Shown here in pieces: positions 39,210-50,185 of a stretch of DNA of 64,000 nt. The position numbers and the translations under genes were made by a program. The notes beneath the pieces were generated by a model. It was not told the origin of the DNA. It ran no database searches and saw only the letters and a program-made list of their open reading frames with translations. The stretch lies in contig OZ176050.1 in the NCBI GenBank assembly GCA_964247055.1, forward strand, positions 6,386,001 through 6,450,000. The letters run 5' to 3'. Positions within the stretch are counted from its first letter, which is position 1; every line of letters begins with the position of its first letter. The DNA is from Paragordius varius. Taxonomy: Eukaryota; Animalia; Nematomorpha.

Positions 39210-39878
39210 GTGTATATCAACTATTTGAGTGAATTTTTTTATATCTTCCGGTTTATTAATGTTATATAATTGCAAAACTTTGCCGTGGTTTCGATTCCTT
39301 CCATGTTTTATTAGGTATTTTTTTATTAATAGGCCTGTGGTATCCCACGATCCCGATTTGAATCAAAGGACTGAAATAAATGCCTTGTATCCTAGTGTTA
39401 AATAAACACGATATTCTACAAAAATGTTGTAATATAAAAATGTCGTCGATTAGTTTGATATGGAACTTTTTATCAAAACTAAATTTTAATTTATATATTT
39501 TAGCTTATTTGTATAATTTTTTTGGGATGGAAGTAGTTTATATGAAAATACTAACTTAAGTATAGTCTGGGGTATTTTGCTACCCCAATTTAAATTGAAG
39601 TGTTAAAGAGGATTAGCCTATTTTAGAATAGAATAAAAAGACTTTCGGAGCCTACATTTAAAAAATAGAATTTTTTCTGCTACATTCTATCAGGATATAT
39701 TTCATCAGGTTGATTTTATATAGACTCTGATTTCGAACTGTGTATAAAAACCAATTACCAAGTTGTGTATTATATTTCGAAAATGAATCTAAAGGCTTAA
39801 AAACACAAGCACTACAAACAACCTGATATATTTTTCGATCACAATGCATAAATTTCAACACACACTGTGGAATCCATC

Positions 39879-39884
<6 letters not shown>

Positions 39885-39919
<35 letters not shown>
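39885..39919. repeat. (TA)n microsatellite
   Basis: Direct reading. Confidence 0.9.
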
Positions 39920-39922
<3 letters not shown>

Positions 39923-40366
39923 AAAAATTTTTATCATATCGGAATTTTTGTGTTCTAGTCCATTTTAGCGGTAGGCTTGCATACGGTGTTCAGATTCAAA
40001 AATAATTTTACATTTTATTTATAGTATATGATATATTCTTTGGGATAATGCATTCATCTTTTACAAAAAAAATGTTTCTAATAAGGTGCGCATATTTAGC
40101 TTGATATATAGCATTTACCCAAAAAGTGGTATTAACTAAGGTGGGAACAAACGCATTTTTACATTAATGTATGGGCAAAATTTCCCACCTGAATAAAATA
40201 AGCTTTCCAGACATAGAGTGTTTAAATAAACTAGCTAATAAAAACATTTGGGGAAGGATTCAATTTTAAATATAAAAATATTATAGAAACTCGTTAATAT
40301 AGATTTGACGTGAGCCGAAATAAACGAAAAATATTTTTGTTACCATGTGTTAAGTGCATTTACGCC

Positions 40367-43300
40367 ATGGATGTTCAAGTTAAACTTGAATTAGGCCATA
40401 GGGCGGAATTCAGAGACAAAGTTACCCCAGAAGGATACACACATGATTGGACAGTGTTTGTTAGAGGCCCACAGGATAAACCAGTACATCATTTTATCGA
40501 TAAAGTGGTGTTTTATCTGCACGAAAGCTTTGCAAAATCCCGCAGAGGTGGGTGTTAGATTTAATTTTTAGTTGTTAAGGAGCCGCCATATCAGATTAAG
40601 GAATCAGGATATGCTGGATTTACTTTACCGATTGAAGTCTATTTTAAAAATAAGGATGAACCAAAAAAATTAGTTTTCGAATATGATTTGTTTTTGCATT
40701 TACAAGGCTGTCCTCCCGTTAACCATGTTAGGTGTGAAAAATTGACTTTCCGGAATCCTACTCCAGAATTCCAAAAAAAACTGTTAAAGGCCGGTGGGGT
40801 ATGTTCTTTTCGTTTATAATTTAGGTAATTGTTTCTGATAATTCTACTGCGACACCGAAATCGGCAATTAAACCCCTTGCCGATGATAAAAAAGAAATAA
40901 AAGCTGCGTCTAAGTCAATTAAAAAAAGTGCTACAGTAGAAGATAGGGATAGTTTTACCAGCCTCTTTGGCGATCCTCTTAAATCTACAAACACTTCATT
41001 AAACAGCAATTTTAAGAAAAAACGTTTGGAACCTTCGCTTAAAGATGCATCTCCTATCTCAACCTTAAATGTTAAATCTGCAAATTCATTAAACAAAATT
41101 GGCAGAGATGATCAGAGTACTAGTAGCATTAAAGTACAATCAAAAATTAATACTTCGCCTTTATTTGATACAGATTCCAATGATTCTTTTGAAGGTTAGA
41201 TATATACATATATTTATATAATCTTATCATATTTGCATATTAATTTTATATACTTATTTGAATATTTATTTTTTTGAGCTTTACCTATTTTCTCCTCGTT
41301 TTATTTACAAAAAATTTCAGATCACAAAAAGCATCATACAAAAATGAAAAAAGAGAAAAAGCATCCAAAACTCGACCATGATATCCAAGACCATAGGAGT
41401 GCCCAATGTAATATTTATTTAATATTCATAACTTCCTTTAAAATTATTTTAATTACAAATTTTTTAACCCCAATTTGTAAAAATTTATTTTTATCAGCTT
41501 CAACAAATGCCATAACGATTCAAGATTTATCAAAAACATCTTTTAATCCTTCAAATCTTACATTATTGGAACAACAATCTGTTAATAAGCCAAACATTCC
41601 AATTACTACGTCTGGAACATTGGATATCGAAAGTGATATGTCCTCCCCGGTTAAAAGTGAAGAGGATATGGGTATTTATACAATTTTTTATTTTAGTTTT
41701 GAGTTTGTTTTAATTAATTGTTTAATAATGGTATTACAACACTCATTTATTACGTAAATTTTATCGTCTCTAAAATATTAAATTGACTAAATATTATCAT
41801 ATGTAATTAAAAGTGATTTTTTTTATATGAAATAATAATTATCATCCTATTATTCATTAAAATGTAATTTTAAAAGCACATAGGCGATGGATGTATTGAT
41901 TAATTTTTTACTTTTTTGTTTTTGCTCTTTCTCTCCTATTTCGTTTATTTGCTTTAAAATTTATTAATTTTTACCATTGTGTAAATATGATTGACGCAAA
42001 CATTTTACATATCCACCTGTTGTGAAAAACACAATGGACTAAAATTTTTAATAAATTTTGGTTTGTTTTACCCAAATATGGTAGTTGTTGTTTAAAGTTT
42101 ATTTAGTTATTATACACCTATATTTTTAATCCTTATAACAAACACTGTTTTAATCATATAATATTTTTATATATGTATGGCTAGTGTATATATACCATTT
42201 ACAGTTCAATTTTACCCTTAAACAGTTCAAATTCACCCTTGAACAATTCAATTTCACCCTAAAAATATATTATCTGTTTTTTAAAATTAATATACTGAAA
42301 AACTAATAAACTATGCCACAAAGACACATTACATATGAATGATGAGTTATATTAGCCCGAAAATGCGTAAATTTTTTAGGGTTAATTTTAATTGTATAAG
42401 GGTGAAAGTGAATTGTTCGAGGGTAAATATGATTTGTTCAAGGATAAATTTGAATTGTAAATTGGTATATTTTGCAAATATTTTTATAAAAATTTGGTTG
42501 GGATAATTTTAATGTCACTTTACCAAGGGCCAAATTGTACATGTATATGTGACAGCATTAAAAAAGCATATAAATTATTGACATTGTTCCCCAAAATGTC
42601 CAATTTTTGTACTTATTTTATATAATAAAGGTTTCGGAAATCATGTGCATTTGTTTGTTGATAATTTTTAAAAACCTGCTTGTCATGAGTCCATGTTAAT
42701 CAGTATGCTAAATATATTTCATTGCCCTATCTCTAATAATACTATTTAAACTTTAATTCTTGAATAATAATTTTTTGAATCTCAACGTATTAATAAAGAG
42801 AAAAGAATAAAATAAGGCTGAATGTGAAAAATGTGTAAATGTTCTCCTTAAATAAGTTTACTATATATATATGCGTTAGAACAACAATCACACCCAAAAT
42901 CATCCAATGATAATGTAATAATTGCTCAAACAACTCAAATGACTCATCCAACGCCTCCGTTAAATGCAAATCGAATAAATCAAATCAATGATGCTAATAA
43001 TTATTTAAATAGTCATCATGATGACAAAAACTTGTCAACGATCCCTGCTAAGAAAATGTGTAAAAGCGATACCAGCAGTAATAATGAAGAAAGCGGTGAT
43101 GATCACACTTCTTCATCAGATTCCTCTACAGATAATGATCAAACAACGGATCATGACACCGCAGAAAAAGAAGGTTAAAATTAAAATTTTTTAGGTTATT
43201 ATGGAAAAATTTGATTTTTGCATTTAGAATAACATTTAGGCTTGGGTCTGACCGGTTATGAATGGTTTTGGGACTGAGATATACTCGTTCAAAACTTTAA

Positions 43301-45356
43301 AATGTTTTTCACGCTATAAAAATTAATGCACATTAAATTGTAATTTGATGTGTGAAATTTGGATGTTTTATCAAATTTTAAAATTAAAAATATCTAAATA
43401 GATTGACAAATATATCGCGTTTGGTTTAGTTATGACATATTATACATTTGCGCTGATGAGGACTGCTTATAACTATGAATTACTACATTATAAGCGGTCA
43501 GAACGGTTATTTTTTTGTTTGGTTACCTAACCCTTCCTGCAACACATTGATTATCAATAAATGTAATATGTTTTCATTTATTTAATAGAAAAGAAATTTT
43601 ATTTTTCAAAGTTTTACGGAAACCATCCTGTTTGCTAGTCAAAAAATCAATGTTTTAGTGTATATATATATATATTAGTGAAAAAAACTACCACGGTTTA
43701 TTTATATATGTATGGAAAGGGATGTAAAAAAGGTGATAACCCTTTTTATTTTAGTAAAAAATTGTATTATAAAGTTTGTAATTGCAACACTTTCTATTAT
43801 GCAATATGAGTGAAAAATAATTAATATCTACTTCGCTCCGTATGGAACGGGACAGTTTTGTTTAATATAAATCTTTAAGGAAATATAAATTTTTGGATTA
43901 AATTAAATTTATTGTTAATTTTTCACAGTTGTTTTTCTCATATAATAATTATTACTTATTATAATAGATGCTGATAGTTGTAAGTCAAACTATGTGATGG
44001 AAATGCTCAATTTACAAAGAGATTTAATGGCTTTACAAGACAAACACATTGTACAAAAGTAAGTGTTATACTATGTATGGTTAAGATTTGCGCAAAAATA
44101 CATTATATGTCACTCTGCCAATATCGCTTAAGATACATAGAATTTTGGCATTTATTTATGCGTTTTTTTATACGTTTCATTTGATATAAAAAGTAACATT
44201 TAACTTATTGATTATTTTATTTAAAAAATGACTTGAATCAAATGTTTTGCTTTACAAATATTATGTGTAAGTAAAGAAATTACCTCTTGTTTAAACAATT
44301 TAAATACATCCTGTATATTATAAACAGTCAGTAATTGTTAAAGTTTTCAACAAAGTTAATTTCGGTTTTTAAGTCATTTTGTTTTGCATATATAACTAGT
44401 TATTCTCGATAAAGTATCTTTATATAATTTTTTTCTCTTAATCGGTATGTAAATTTGAAATACCAGTCAAGTTTAGTCCAATAATGTTGTTTTTGTCATT
44501 TTATTTTTGTTTAAACACTTTTTTCAGAATTTTTTAAAAAACCACGTAAGATATAAGTAACACACCGATTTTCCGCATCTGTTTAAAGTTTTTAAACACT
44601 AAAAAGTTGTATATCAAATATAAATAGGAAATTATTTGTTTGTGTTTCGATTATCTGTGATGTTTAAAAAATCTAAAAAATTTTCATTTTGGTAAATTTC
44701 TAGTTTCAAAATATAAACCTTTTATCTTTTTCACCAATTCAAATATTAAACAGGGACCAGTATAATAAAACTAAGACATTGTATTACATTTGGATACTTT
44801 CCTTAATGATCTCTCATTGTACCAAAATATATGTTATTTTGTTTTGATCTCATAATTTTACTGTTTACCTTTGTGACAAGCTACTGATATTAACCTTTTT
44901 TAGTTAAATTTACTTAATTCATTACTGTCTAACCATAGCCAATTTAAAAAAGCGCCTCGCTAAAATTTTTACCCAACAATATTTTGTTTTATCCGTCACT
45001 TTCGAAGGATTATTTGCACAGAAATAATAGTGGCTATTAAATCCATTTCCATATATAATTTTAGAATTGTCGATATAATTGTTGAAACCAGGAAATTTAC
45101 CATTAGTCCGTCCACATTCGATTTCGATTTGTGTAAATTGGATGAATCTACGCTCCAACGTATTAAACACATCATTTACAACACTACTCATAACAATAAC
45201 AATGTCAATGTTAATATTAATGAGAATAGTAATATGATCAATAGTGGTTTATACATGCATCATCATAATCAACATCAAAATAGCAATAGTGCAACTCTCT
45301 TGTATAACAATAATGTTAATGTTAACCAAAATATAAGCTCACACCCGAGTCAATAA
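40367..45356 (+). CDS. MLLT1/MLLT3: ENL/AF9 family protein (N-terminal YEATS domain, C-terminal AHD domain), 8 exons
   Basis: Exons: 40367-40547, 40572-40798, 40825-41194, 41321-41407, 41498-41671, 42880-43173, 43968-44058, 45065-45356. YEATS: [65 protein letters not shown]: [20 protein letters not shown]|[25 protein letters not shown]. Confidence 0.94.
40548..40571 (+). other. 24-nt micro-intron (ENL/AF9 intron 1)
   Basis: GTGGGTGTTAGATTTAATTTTTAG. Removal gives KSRR|VVKEPPY; retention gives an in-frame TAG. Confidence 0.9.
40799..40824 (+). other. 26-nt micro-intron (ENL/AF9 intron 2)
   Basis: GTATGTTCTTTTCGTTTATAATTTAG. Removal gives LLKAGG|VIVS and opens a 370-nt exon. Confidence 0.85.
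42187..42470. mobile_element. Foldback-like MITE family W in an ENL/AF9 intron
   Basis: Long imperfect TIRs starting ATATACCATTTACAGTTCAA, built from 21-bp units (AAATTCACCCTTGAACAATTC). Second copy at 55772-56132. Confidence 0.7.
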
Positions 45357-45936
45357 ACATAGCATTGCAAAAAGTCATAATCAAAATAATATTTTGTATA
45401 TTGATCACTTTTGTCCATTTTTAATTTACACATCTCGACACTTTGTTATAGATACGAATCATTAGGTATTAACTTTTTACCTACCTACCAAGCTATCTAC
45501 CTACCCACCATCTAACTTCCAAAATTTCACTGTATTCACGTTCGATAATAAACTATAAAATTTAAAATTATAATGTTACACCTAGTATTTATATATGTCC
45601 ATATTCATATTATACCTATTTATATATTTCATCCACAAATCAATAGTTTTTTAGTAATCTTAATAATGATTGAAATTAAATTTCTTCCTATGATTTAATT
45701 AATTAGATACACAGGCATCCAGTTATTCTAAAGTTTTTTTTCGGGTTGAACAAAAAAACTTATATATATACACATATAATAAAATTTTATATTTACAACA
45801 ATACATTTATATAATTTGGGGCACCTCTAATTACAAATGACATAGTAATTATTAATATTATCCATCAAATATATATATATAATAAATTATAAATCCATAC
45901 ATTTATAAAAAAAGACAATTATTATTTGCATGTTAT

Positions 45937-47132
45937 TCATGGGGCTAGTTCATAAAAAACGATATAGGCTGGACACGTAATGTAGGTTTTGGCTGGTAAA
46001 TGATATGATTTGACACTGAGATCAGAAACCAAATACCATTGATTTTTGAGGAGATCACATCGGATAGTTGTAAAATGACCCGATTTCTCATCTAACGTAT
46101 GGTGTTGAATGATTGCTTTCAATTGATATTTTGTATGTGGGATTTTATTATTGGAATTATCGGATTTGATAGCTGTTAAACCTAACAAATGTTGATGGTT
46201 CATGATAAAAGGGTTAAAATAGGTGTAACGATTCAATATGCTTTGGTATAGTAAAAAAGGTGATTTCGCTTTGTAAAATGTGGATGGTTTATTCAGTGAC
46301 CCCAAATTTTTGGATAAAACGTAAAACCACGAGGTAGATTTGATATCACTCTTAAATTGATTCTTATGTGACATTGTTATAGCATCTAAATGAAGTTGTA
46401 ACGGAATCCTAAGTAATTTATGTATTTTTTGTGCATTGCTGGAATTGTGAGTAAAAAGTAATCGTTGAAATTGAAGCACCAAACAATTTGAGCTTTCTAC
46501 TAAATATTTTCGTTTAACTACAGAGGTAGATGTTAAACATTTTTCGCACTTATAATTTTGAATAATTTCATTTTTAAAATAATCATATACATAATCAAGT
46601 AATGAGGAAGAAATATTAATTGTGAGCATAAGAGCGGAATGAGATTCAATTAGAGTAGGATATATATAACCGCAGTTTAAACATTCTATTTTTGTTTTAA
46701 CCATCACTTTAAAGGGAACGGTCTCAGTGTCAACGTCTGTTTCAGATTCCATAATTTCATACATAACTTGATACAACTCAAAACAATCTTGTTCACCGGA
46801 TGGAATTATCCAATTTTTATCACGGATATATTTAAAAATATCATTAATATGGTTAAAATTAATGCTTATATGGGAATTTATCATGTTGCAAATTTGACCA
46901 ATCATCATAAACAATCCATTAGATCCATTATTTTTGGCAAACAGACCAAGGGCTGAGAATGCCTGCAATAGAGCGTTTAGGTAACATGTATTATTAAAAT
47001 TTGGGATTCCTTGAATACTATTATGCATGAGAAAAAAATGTTTCGTCAAAAAATTGTTATAAACCGTGCGAGTCCAGTTTTCGATCGGAAAAAGATATAG
47101 CTAATCTGTTGCAAAAATATTTTGGCGTTCAT
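45937..47132 (-). CDS. USP30: Ubiquitin-specific protease (peptidase C19), USP30-like
   Basis: Large exon 47017-45937 with Cys box GIPNFNNTCYLNALLQA, EQDCFELY, CLVLQFQR and His box IIQHH..SGHFTT..QWYLVSD (Ser in the third catalytic position, as in USP30). Probable first exon 47132-47065 (MNAKIFLQQISYIFFRSKTGLAR) joined through a 47-nt GT-AG intron; an in-frame ATG near 47028 is an alternative start. USP family is certain; the USP30 orthology is less so. Confidence 0.8.
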
Positions 47133-47353
47133 CTTTTAATTAAGATATATTAGCTTAAGATAATAAAAAATAATTGTGAGTTAATAAATAAATTAGATGG
47201 GAAGAAAATATTCGAATAATGGAACATAAAATATTTAGATTTAAAAACATTATTTTGGTGGGTACAAAAAACAGATTCAATTGAAGCCAAAAGCATGTGC
47301 GTTTTTTATACATATGATTTACATTTTTTAGCACTATATTTTTAAACAAATCC
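47133..47353. promoter_or_regulatory. Putative bidirectional promoter between the USP30-like gene and GNPDA
   Basis: Only about 220 bp separate the two divergent inferred start codons. No specific element was identified. Confidence 0.5.
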
Positions 47354-49671
47354 ATGCGTCTCATTATTTTACCTGATTCTGATAAAGTTAGCGAATGGGC
47401 TGCTAAATATATCAAGAAACGTATAAATGACTTTAAACCGAACGCTAATAAATATTTTACATTAGGTCTTCCTACAGGTATATAAATTTATATAGTTTTA
47501 GGAAGCACTCCTTTGGGAACGTATAAAAAACTCATTGAATACCATAGAGCCGGCCAAATATCTTTTAAATTCGTTAAAACTTTTAATATGGACGAGTATG
47601 TTGGTAAGAGTTTATGATATATTATAGCCCTACCCCGTGACCATCCCGAAAGTTATCATTCATTTATGTATCACAATCTCTTTAAGCACGTTGATATTGA
47701 TCCTAATAATGTGAATATCCTTGATGGTAATGCTCCCGATCTTGTTGCAGAATGTGATTCTTTTGAGCAGAAAATCAAAGATGCTGGTGGAATTAGGTTA
47801 TTTGTTGGAGGTATCATTAATTGCATCATTATTTTTATGTATTATACCAATAGGCAAGATTTTGGAATTCCGATGTAATTTTTTGTAATTTATAAATTTT
47901 ATAAACAAAACATAAATTTTTTTTATATCAAATATTGTATTTAAACGTTTTTAATGCTCTTCCCGCCTATTTTTGGCATAGGGTGCTGATTTGTTGATTT
48001 TCATCATTCGGCACGTGTAGACGAGATATTAAGTTCATGTTTAAAAGTCTTGTAAAATAAGGAAAAACTGACATAAATTATATTCTAGCAATTAAAATTG
48101 TGCATGTGTTATTAACAGATTTTTTAAACAAACGATCACATTTCAAAAAAATTTACAACCGTCTTTACACAAAATGTATAAAAGTTTGAACTGTGACCTT
48201 TTTTGGTTGAAACCGCAAAACTTTGCTAAATTAGGTATATTTTGTTTTAGGCGTTAATTTTCTCATATCAATTAACTGGGAAGAATTAATAAAGCTTGAA
48301 TTCGGTGCATTTAGAAATAAAATGTAATCTTATAGCATAGGGTATTATATTATTGAATTCATCATCATCATCATCATTTGTATGGGGATTCGCCATTAAA
48401 TGGCGGTATATTTTTTTCCAATCTTTTCTTCTAGTTAAAAATTTGCATCTAGCGCATTTAAAGTGTGTAGAGTTAGTTATTTTATTGTGCATGGGCAATA
48501 AAAATAGTGATTATATTTATTTCTAGTTAACCAAACCCAAATAAAGAAACATATTATATCTAAAGTAATTAATCCTCTTATAATATAATGAAACTTAGTA
48601 TCCTCCCTGTTGTATAAATAAAATAGGAATCGGTCCTGATGGACATATTGCTTTTAATGAGCCAGGTTCAAGTTTGGCCTCCCGTACTCGACTTAAAACA
48701 TTGGCTCGCGAAACGATTGAAGCAAATGCTCGTTTCTTTAACAACGATATAAGTAAGGTCCCCACAATGGCACTTACCGTTGGTGTGGCCACGGTTATGG
48801 ATGCTGATGAGGTTAGCAAAAAATACGTCATGTTAAATTACCAATTGAAAAATATTTACGAATCTGTATAACAACGGACGGGAAATTTTTTAATCATTTA
48901 AATGGGTTTTTGGAATCCGAGATAAAAATCTTTAAAAAACCAGTCTTAACATGAAAAACAGTATATATATATATAATTTTCCAATTATAACATTATATGT
49001 TTGATTCCATCAATAATTAATATAACGTTTTGTGGATATAAAGTTTTATTTTAAATTATGCACTGGGATACATGGAACGGTCATCATTGATGACTTTTTA
49101 TTTTAAATTATGCACTGGGATACATGGAACGGTCATCATTGATGACCCTTATTTTTATATAATTATGAATGACATTACATTGAATCGATGTTAAAACCGT
49201 CGTAAAATAACGTAAAAATAAAATATAAATTTATAATTCTCAAATTTTCTCCATAGGCATCATCAGGAGATTAGTTTAGAAAAATATATATAGTATAAGA
49301 TAATAAAAATTAACTTAAAAAAATTGAAACGATTGCATGTTATCCATTTAGATCACAAAATGTGTTGCAGATAAATAATAGAAGATTATTATTTTTGGGG
49401 GCTAGTATAAGTAAATTTAAAATAATTTTATATGTCCTAATAAATTTTTAATATTCAGGTTATGATACTTATAACGGGGTCACACAAAGCTTTAGCCTTG
49501 CATAAAGCTATCGAGGAAGGTGTTAATCATATGTGGACTGTTTCGGCTTTTCAAATGCATCCCAAAACGCTCTTTTTATGCGACGAAAATGCCACTCATG
49601 AACTCAAAGTCAAAACTGTCAAATACTTCGAGGGTTTAATGCACATGCACAATAAACTGATTGAAGATTAA
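47354..49671 (+). CDS. GNPDA1: Glucosamine-6-phosphate deaminase/isomerase, 5 exons
   Basis: Exons 47354-47477, 47502-47603, 47628-47810, 48627-48811, 49459-49671. Motifs: [14 protein letters not shown]|[30 protein letters not shown]|[59 protein letters not shown]1 and GNPDA2 cannot be distinguished. Confidence 0.96.
47478..47501 (+). other. 24-nt micro-intron (GNPDA intron 1)
   Basis: GTATATAAATTTATATAGTTTTAG. Removal restores the invariant GLPTGSTP; retention gives an in-frame TAA. Confidence 0.92.
47604..47627 (+). other. 24-nt micro-intron (GNPDA intron 2)
   Basis: GTAAGAGTTTATGATATATTATAG. Removal gives DEYVALPRDHP; retention gives an in-frame TGA. Confidence 0.92.
49044..49147. repeat. 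Tandem duplication (52-bp period) in GNPDA intron 4
   Basis: TTTTATTTTAAATTATGCACTGGGATACATGGAACGGTCATCATTGATGAC occurs twice in a row. Confidence 0.9.
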
Positions 49672-50185
49672 TTTTTAATACTCTATAGAATTTTTAAATG
49701 ATGTATGTATCTATTTAATGGCACTTCAATATTATTTTTTTATATGACTCTGATTATGAATTTTTAATGTAAATCACGAGTATTCTACCAAAGTACCAAT
49801 TACATAATGCTTTTATCCAAAACTAAATATTATGACCACCATCACATATATTTTTATAGAAATCTTGACTTGCCATAAAACAACTTATAGACATACATAT
49901 TTTTATCATATTTATATCCAATGCATGTAAATTTTTTATATTTTTAATATATATCTGTATTTATTATATAAAAAATCAAATAAATAAATTATTATTAGTA
50001 TATTGATCCCTTTAATTTAGATCATAATACACTAAATTGATGTGAAATGTATTATATAATTTGTGTTTGTACTATATGAGCTTTTCATTTAAAAAATTAA
50101 TACTGAATCAAGACATTATTGATTGCATGATTGCCCATTTTAACCGAATCAACAAAATTTATGATAAAAAAATGGGATTGGTTAT

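Larger units (their letters stand above)
36523..39397 (-). mobile_element. Family-Y MITE inserted at a second internal TTAA of the outer copy and itself interrupted by a hAT
   Basis: TTAA|GACTTCAATTC (36523) ... GTATCCTAGTG|TTAA (39397). The parts at 36523-36864 and 39218-39397 are colinear with 35770-36321. Confidence 0.75.
35630..39602 (+). mobile_element. Outer copy of TTAA-flanked (piggyBac-like) MITE family Y, split by two younger family-Y copies
   Basis: Segments about 35630-35769, 36326-36522 and 39402-39602 join colinearly to the intact copy at 50768-51338. Right end ...AATTGAAGTG|TTAA; left terminus eroded. Confidence 0.7.
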
